From: Strigamia acuminata
Lineage: Eukaryota
Length of the DNA: 64,000 nt
Reading direction: 5' to 3'
Assembly (NCBI GenBank): GCA_949358305.1
Contig: OX442314.1
Coordinates: 28,148,001-28,212,000, forward strand
Below are positions 59,750 to 64,000 of the stretch, piece by piece. The notes beneath the pieces are model-generated. The model saw only the letters and a list, made by a program, of their open reading frames with translations, ran no database searches and was not told the DNA's origin. Position numbers and translations under genes: made by a program. How positions within the stretch are numbered: position 1 is the first letter of the stretch; each line of letters starts with the position of its first letter.

Positions 59750-60439
59750 TAAGCATTGTAGTACACAACAAGGTCAGGCATTGAAAAAATCTTTACAACA
59801 TGAAAATTCAACAGTATTTACAGTTCCAGACCGTGACACATTTACCGATTTACCATTGACTCGCACCCTACTAACACTATTGTTCTGCTGCCAAAAACGA
59901 ATAAATAAAAATAAAAGGCAAAATCTTAGTTTCTCTTTCGTTCATTAAAAGTCTACTTCTTCACATTTGGTGTTTAAATCATTATTAATTTTTTTAAATA
60001 AGTCATTGGTAACTTCTAATGACAGACTCTTTGCATTTCCACACACATTAAAAACAGTAATAATGTTAGCATCATCACAGGTAAATTCTTGCAGCTTACT
60101 AAGCAATGTGTTTACATGGCTTGGTCAGCTGAAATTAAAAAAGATGTATGAAAACTTAAGCAGGAGAAGATTAATTTAATTTTAGAATATGTAATATTTC
60201 ATATACTTACTGTTTGACAAAGGTTTTGCCATTAAAAGCATCAAAATAAATCAAATTTTCAATTTTAAATCTCTGGTTTCTACAATTCCTATTTATTTTG
60301 CAGGAGAAGTTGAAAGCAAAATCACGACATCTGTTGGAGATATTTTGCGTAAACATGACGTCATTGGGAACCGAGCCTTGGTTTCGCGTACCATTAGAAT
60401 TGGCCCCGTTTTCCCATTCTTCTCTTCTATATCTTTGCT

Positions 60440-63400
60440 CTAAACAGGCAATTGAAATTGTGAGTAATTTCGTGTTTTGCCACTAGGTGAAACACCAGAC
60501 ATCAACAGGTGATAATATAGACAAGGCTATACAAGGTTATACACGGCTACGCAAGTATTTTGCATTGAAAAAATGAATAAAGGTTTGGCTGGTCCAGAGA
60601 AAGGCAATTTTAGGTGTGGATAAGAAATCAGGATCCGATAATAACACGAGCAAATCCAGGCGGGAGCCACTGAGCTGGATGACCCGTGCCGACTTTATTA
60701 TGTAGATGTAGTATTGTGAGCATGTGATGTGGTTTTTCAGTCTAATACAATCAGGGGTGGATCCAGAGGGAGGCATCGGGGCTATACCCCCCTCCTAAAT
60801 TTTTTCTAGATTCACCGTTGGGTGGTAAGTTTATAAAAAGGAAACGCCCATATGTCAATGGCGATAATTAAAATGATTAAAAGCAGTGGCACAGTGCCAT
60901 TTATTTTAATGTCTTCAATTAAAACTATCGTACACCGAATCTAACAGTAAAATGAATTTTCGGTTCGCTCTCTATCTGACAGGTCACGCCATGTTTGACA
61001 CGTGTCCTATCGATTGCCGACGCAAGTAAACAGTAACAGTACTCAAGTCGACTAGGCAACGATTTTTATAGCTAACAACAATTCAAAAAAAATTTACAGT
61101 CTAGCGGTCATTCAACCGTGTGGTCGTGCATTCATTCAAATGAAAAGTGAGTCTAAATCAGACGTCAGACGAGGACCACTGTATCAATTCAGAGTGCAGT
61201 ATCGGTTTGATCGTGTCTAAGCAATTGAAAGACACAGCACACCACAAGACAATAGAAACAAAGAACAGTAGTTCAGCTTTTCAGCAAGATGAACCTTCTA
61301 AGAATATTTTTCTTTTACTTATTATCTGGATGCATAAACATTTCAAAAAGGAATTGCTCGACAGGTATGATTTACTTCAAATTTCTGAAAATTCTGAATT
61401 GCTAATAGCAGCAAATTAAAGTAGACGTACAGTTGTGCTTAAACAAACCGGACCCTCACTCTGTGCTGGCAATTGAAATTGTGAGTAATTTGCATTTTGA
61501 AACAACAGATACATCAACAGGTGATAATACAAGTACTTGTACAGCAGATAAGGGTATACAAGCATTATCACCTGTTGATGTCTGGTGTTTAACCTAGTGG
61601 CAAAACACAAAATTACTCACAATTTCAATTGCCAGCCTAGAGGGAGGGTCCAGTTTTTTTGGACATGACTGTACATTTTATTTTTTTCTTCTCTTTAAGC
61701 ACTGGAAGATAATTTTTCAGAAAAACTTTACTTTTCTGACTGTAATAATCAATTATCTGATATTGTACAAATAACGAATTCAAGACGAACACTCATCATT
61801 TATCAGGATGATTATTGTTGCTAAATCACACATTCAATTCTTTCTTATATTTCTAAAAACATTTTTTAATTGCAGTACCAAACTGTTTGTCGGAATTAAT
61901 TCATTTCAATTGGATTGGCAAAATTCAAATATCAGCACAACGATTCACCAATACGTCGCTTGATTTCATTTATACTCCTGTTCAAATGATATTGATTTGG
62001 ATAGAAAATTTTGAGCAGGTAAAATCATCTAATCATGCTCCTAGGTTGACAAGCAATTGGTCAAGAGGCCCTAGAGTTATTCAGTTATCCATCTCTTAGA
62101 TATTAAAAGTAATGCCAGCCTGTAGACACAACGCCTGTTGATCTAATTGTACCCGGTGACCCAAAATCAAACCGGCAAAACAACACAAGTGTCTGAAAAA
62201 AAATTATACATTGTTCAATTAAATATATCTTAATTCTTTTAGTTGTGGGCAGTTTAATTACTGTTTCTAGGGCGGTTTTTCCGCTCTTTTGTTTGGTGTT
62301 TAGTTTTTGACGAATCGAGCATTCGTTCTCAAGATTTTGCACTTTTAATCAATTTTTATCCCAATTCACTAAGTTTGATTGTACTAGTCATTCCTGAATT
62401 TCAGATTTTGGGGTACTTTTGTGGATTTCTTCAGCGGTACTAATGCTTATATAGTTGCAGTGAACTTTTCAAAAAATACAGCATTTCGTGGTGGTGCTAC
62501 TGTACCTATATCCCATTTTTGGTGTCATTAGACATCACATTAGCAAAAACACAAAAATGTAGCAAAATCTCACAAAATCTAGCAAAATCTCACAAAATCT
62601 AGCAAAATCTTAGAAAATCTTGGAAAAACTTGAAAAATCTTGGAAAATCAAGAAAAATCTCGCAAAATCTTGAAAAATCTTGCAAAATGTTAAAAAATCT
62701 CGCAAAATCTTGAAGAATCTCGCAAAATCTTGAAAAATCTCGCAAAATCTAGGAAAATCTCACGCCATCTCATGCCGGTACATTTGAAGATATCCACAAA
62801 ACTACTGCTGAATTACCATAAAATCTAAAATTTAGGAATGACTAGTACAGTCAAACTACCGGTAGGCGAATTGGGACAAAAATTGATTAAAATAGCAAGA
62901 ACAAAAGCTCGGATCGTCAAAAACTAAACACCAAACGAAAGAGCGGAAATAACTGCACCAGAAACGTTAATGAAACAACTCTGTCCACAAGTAATCAGTA
63001 ATACCGTATATATTTAATTGAACAATCTATAAATTTTTTTGAGACCCTGTATTGTCGGTCAGGTTATTTGGGCTACCCGAAAGCATTTGTTTGTCATTTT
63101 AAATTTTAGTAGTATAAAGAATAACTACATTTGAAATTAAATCTGAATTCCAGCTTGGCCATTACACTTGCATGCCAGTTGAAAACAAAATTGTTGTATT
63201 TGTGATCCATGAAACACGAAAAACTGGAAATCTTAAGAGTGATCTAGATCTGCACTTATTTCAGGATCTCATCATCTGGAGACAAAATAAAGTTTACTTA
63301 CTGATACATTCTAATCACAATACTGTACGAGTGAATCGTCTAAAAATATGCGCAAAATGTTTATCTTGTTATGAATGAACATAATAATGCTTACAACTGT

Positions 63401-64000
63401 AATGGATACTTGGTCAATATGTTGGCAAATTCGTCCTGATCACATGGGTCCAGTAATATGTTAGAACAAATTCTATAAGCTAAAAATATATTATTTTTAT
63501 TTCTAAGAAGATTAACATTCAGTGTATTTGATCTTCATACTTTTAGTATATTAAAAATAAAATCACTGCCACTTTATTTTTTTTTATTTTATATCGTAGA
63601 ATTCAGGCTTATTTGCATTGGAATACCGATTTGAGGAGCACATTTTTTTAAAAACAAACTTAGCCATTAATTGCTTAGAACAAATAAAATGTCAATTTGA
63701 AATAATTTCGCAGACAACATTATTGTTGAAAAAAGACAATTTCACTGTAGGAAAGGTGAATTGATCATGTTATAATCTAGTACAGTCGGACCCGGAAAAT
63801 TTGTAATAAAAGTTCGTTATAACAAACAACACTGATTAATTTTCAAAAATCGTTGTAACGGGCTTGTTGGTATTAGTGTTCCCAAAAACTGGATTGTAAA
63901 TAACGAACAATTCGTTATATTAAAATTTGTTATATCAAATTTTTTTTACATGGTCTTCTATGCTGACTAACCAAATAATTCGTTATACCAAAAATTCGTT
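60440..64000 (+). repeat. Segmental duplicate of the IR-C upstream and 5' region (31130 onward, without the later insertions)
   Basis: Collinear, highly similar non-coding sequence and shared MITEs. Confidence 0.9.
61289..64000 (+). CDS. IR-D, 5' exons; runs off the right edge
   Basis: [25 protein letters not shown] exon and subsequent exons collinear with IR-C (~61700, 61876, 63154, 63600). Confidence 0.8.

Overview
Eukaryotic, AT-rich, intron-containing DNA that looks like an arthropod. The backbone is a plus-strand tandem array of divergent ionotropic-receptor (IR/iGluR-family) genes. Copy A runs to 14964 with its 5' exons off-window. Copy B (19142-29799) is chimeric and disrupted. Copy C spans 31971-56333. 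A last-exon remnant E lies at ~59.2-59.7 kb, and copy D starts at 61289 and runs off-window. In all three copies where the region is visible, the M2 re-entrant pore loop appears to be missing. The introns are packed with nested transposons: a Ty1/copia pol carrying a methyl-CpG-binding domain (MBD) between integrase and RT, itself interrupted by an antisense copia and inserted in a third LTR element with an orphan ORF; a full-length BEL/Pao element with apparently identical LTRs; an intact copia; an L2/CR1-type LINE inside an IR exon; solo LTRs; a Helitron-like element; many MITEs; and a Mutator-like element carrying a captured CPSF2 fragment. A decayed MTR4 3' fragment also lies between IR copies. 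All alignments and family calls were made by eye, with no database search.
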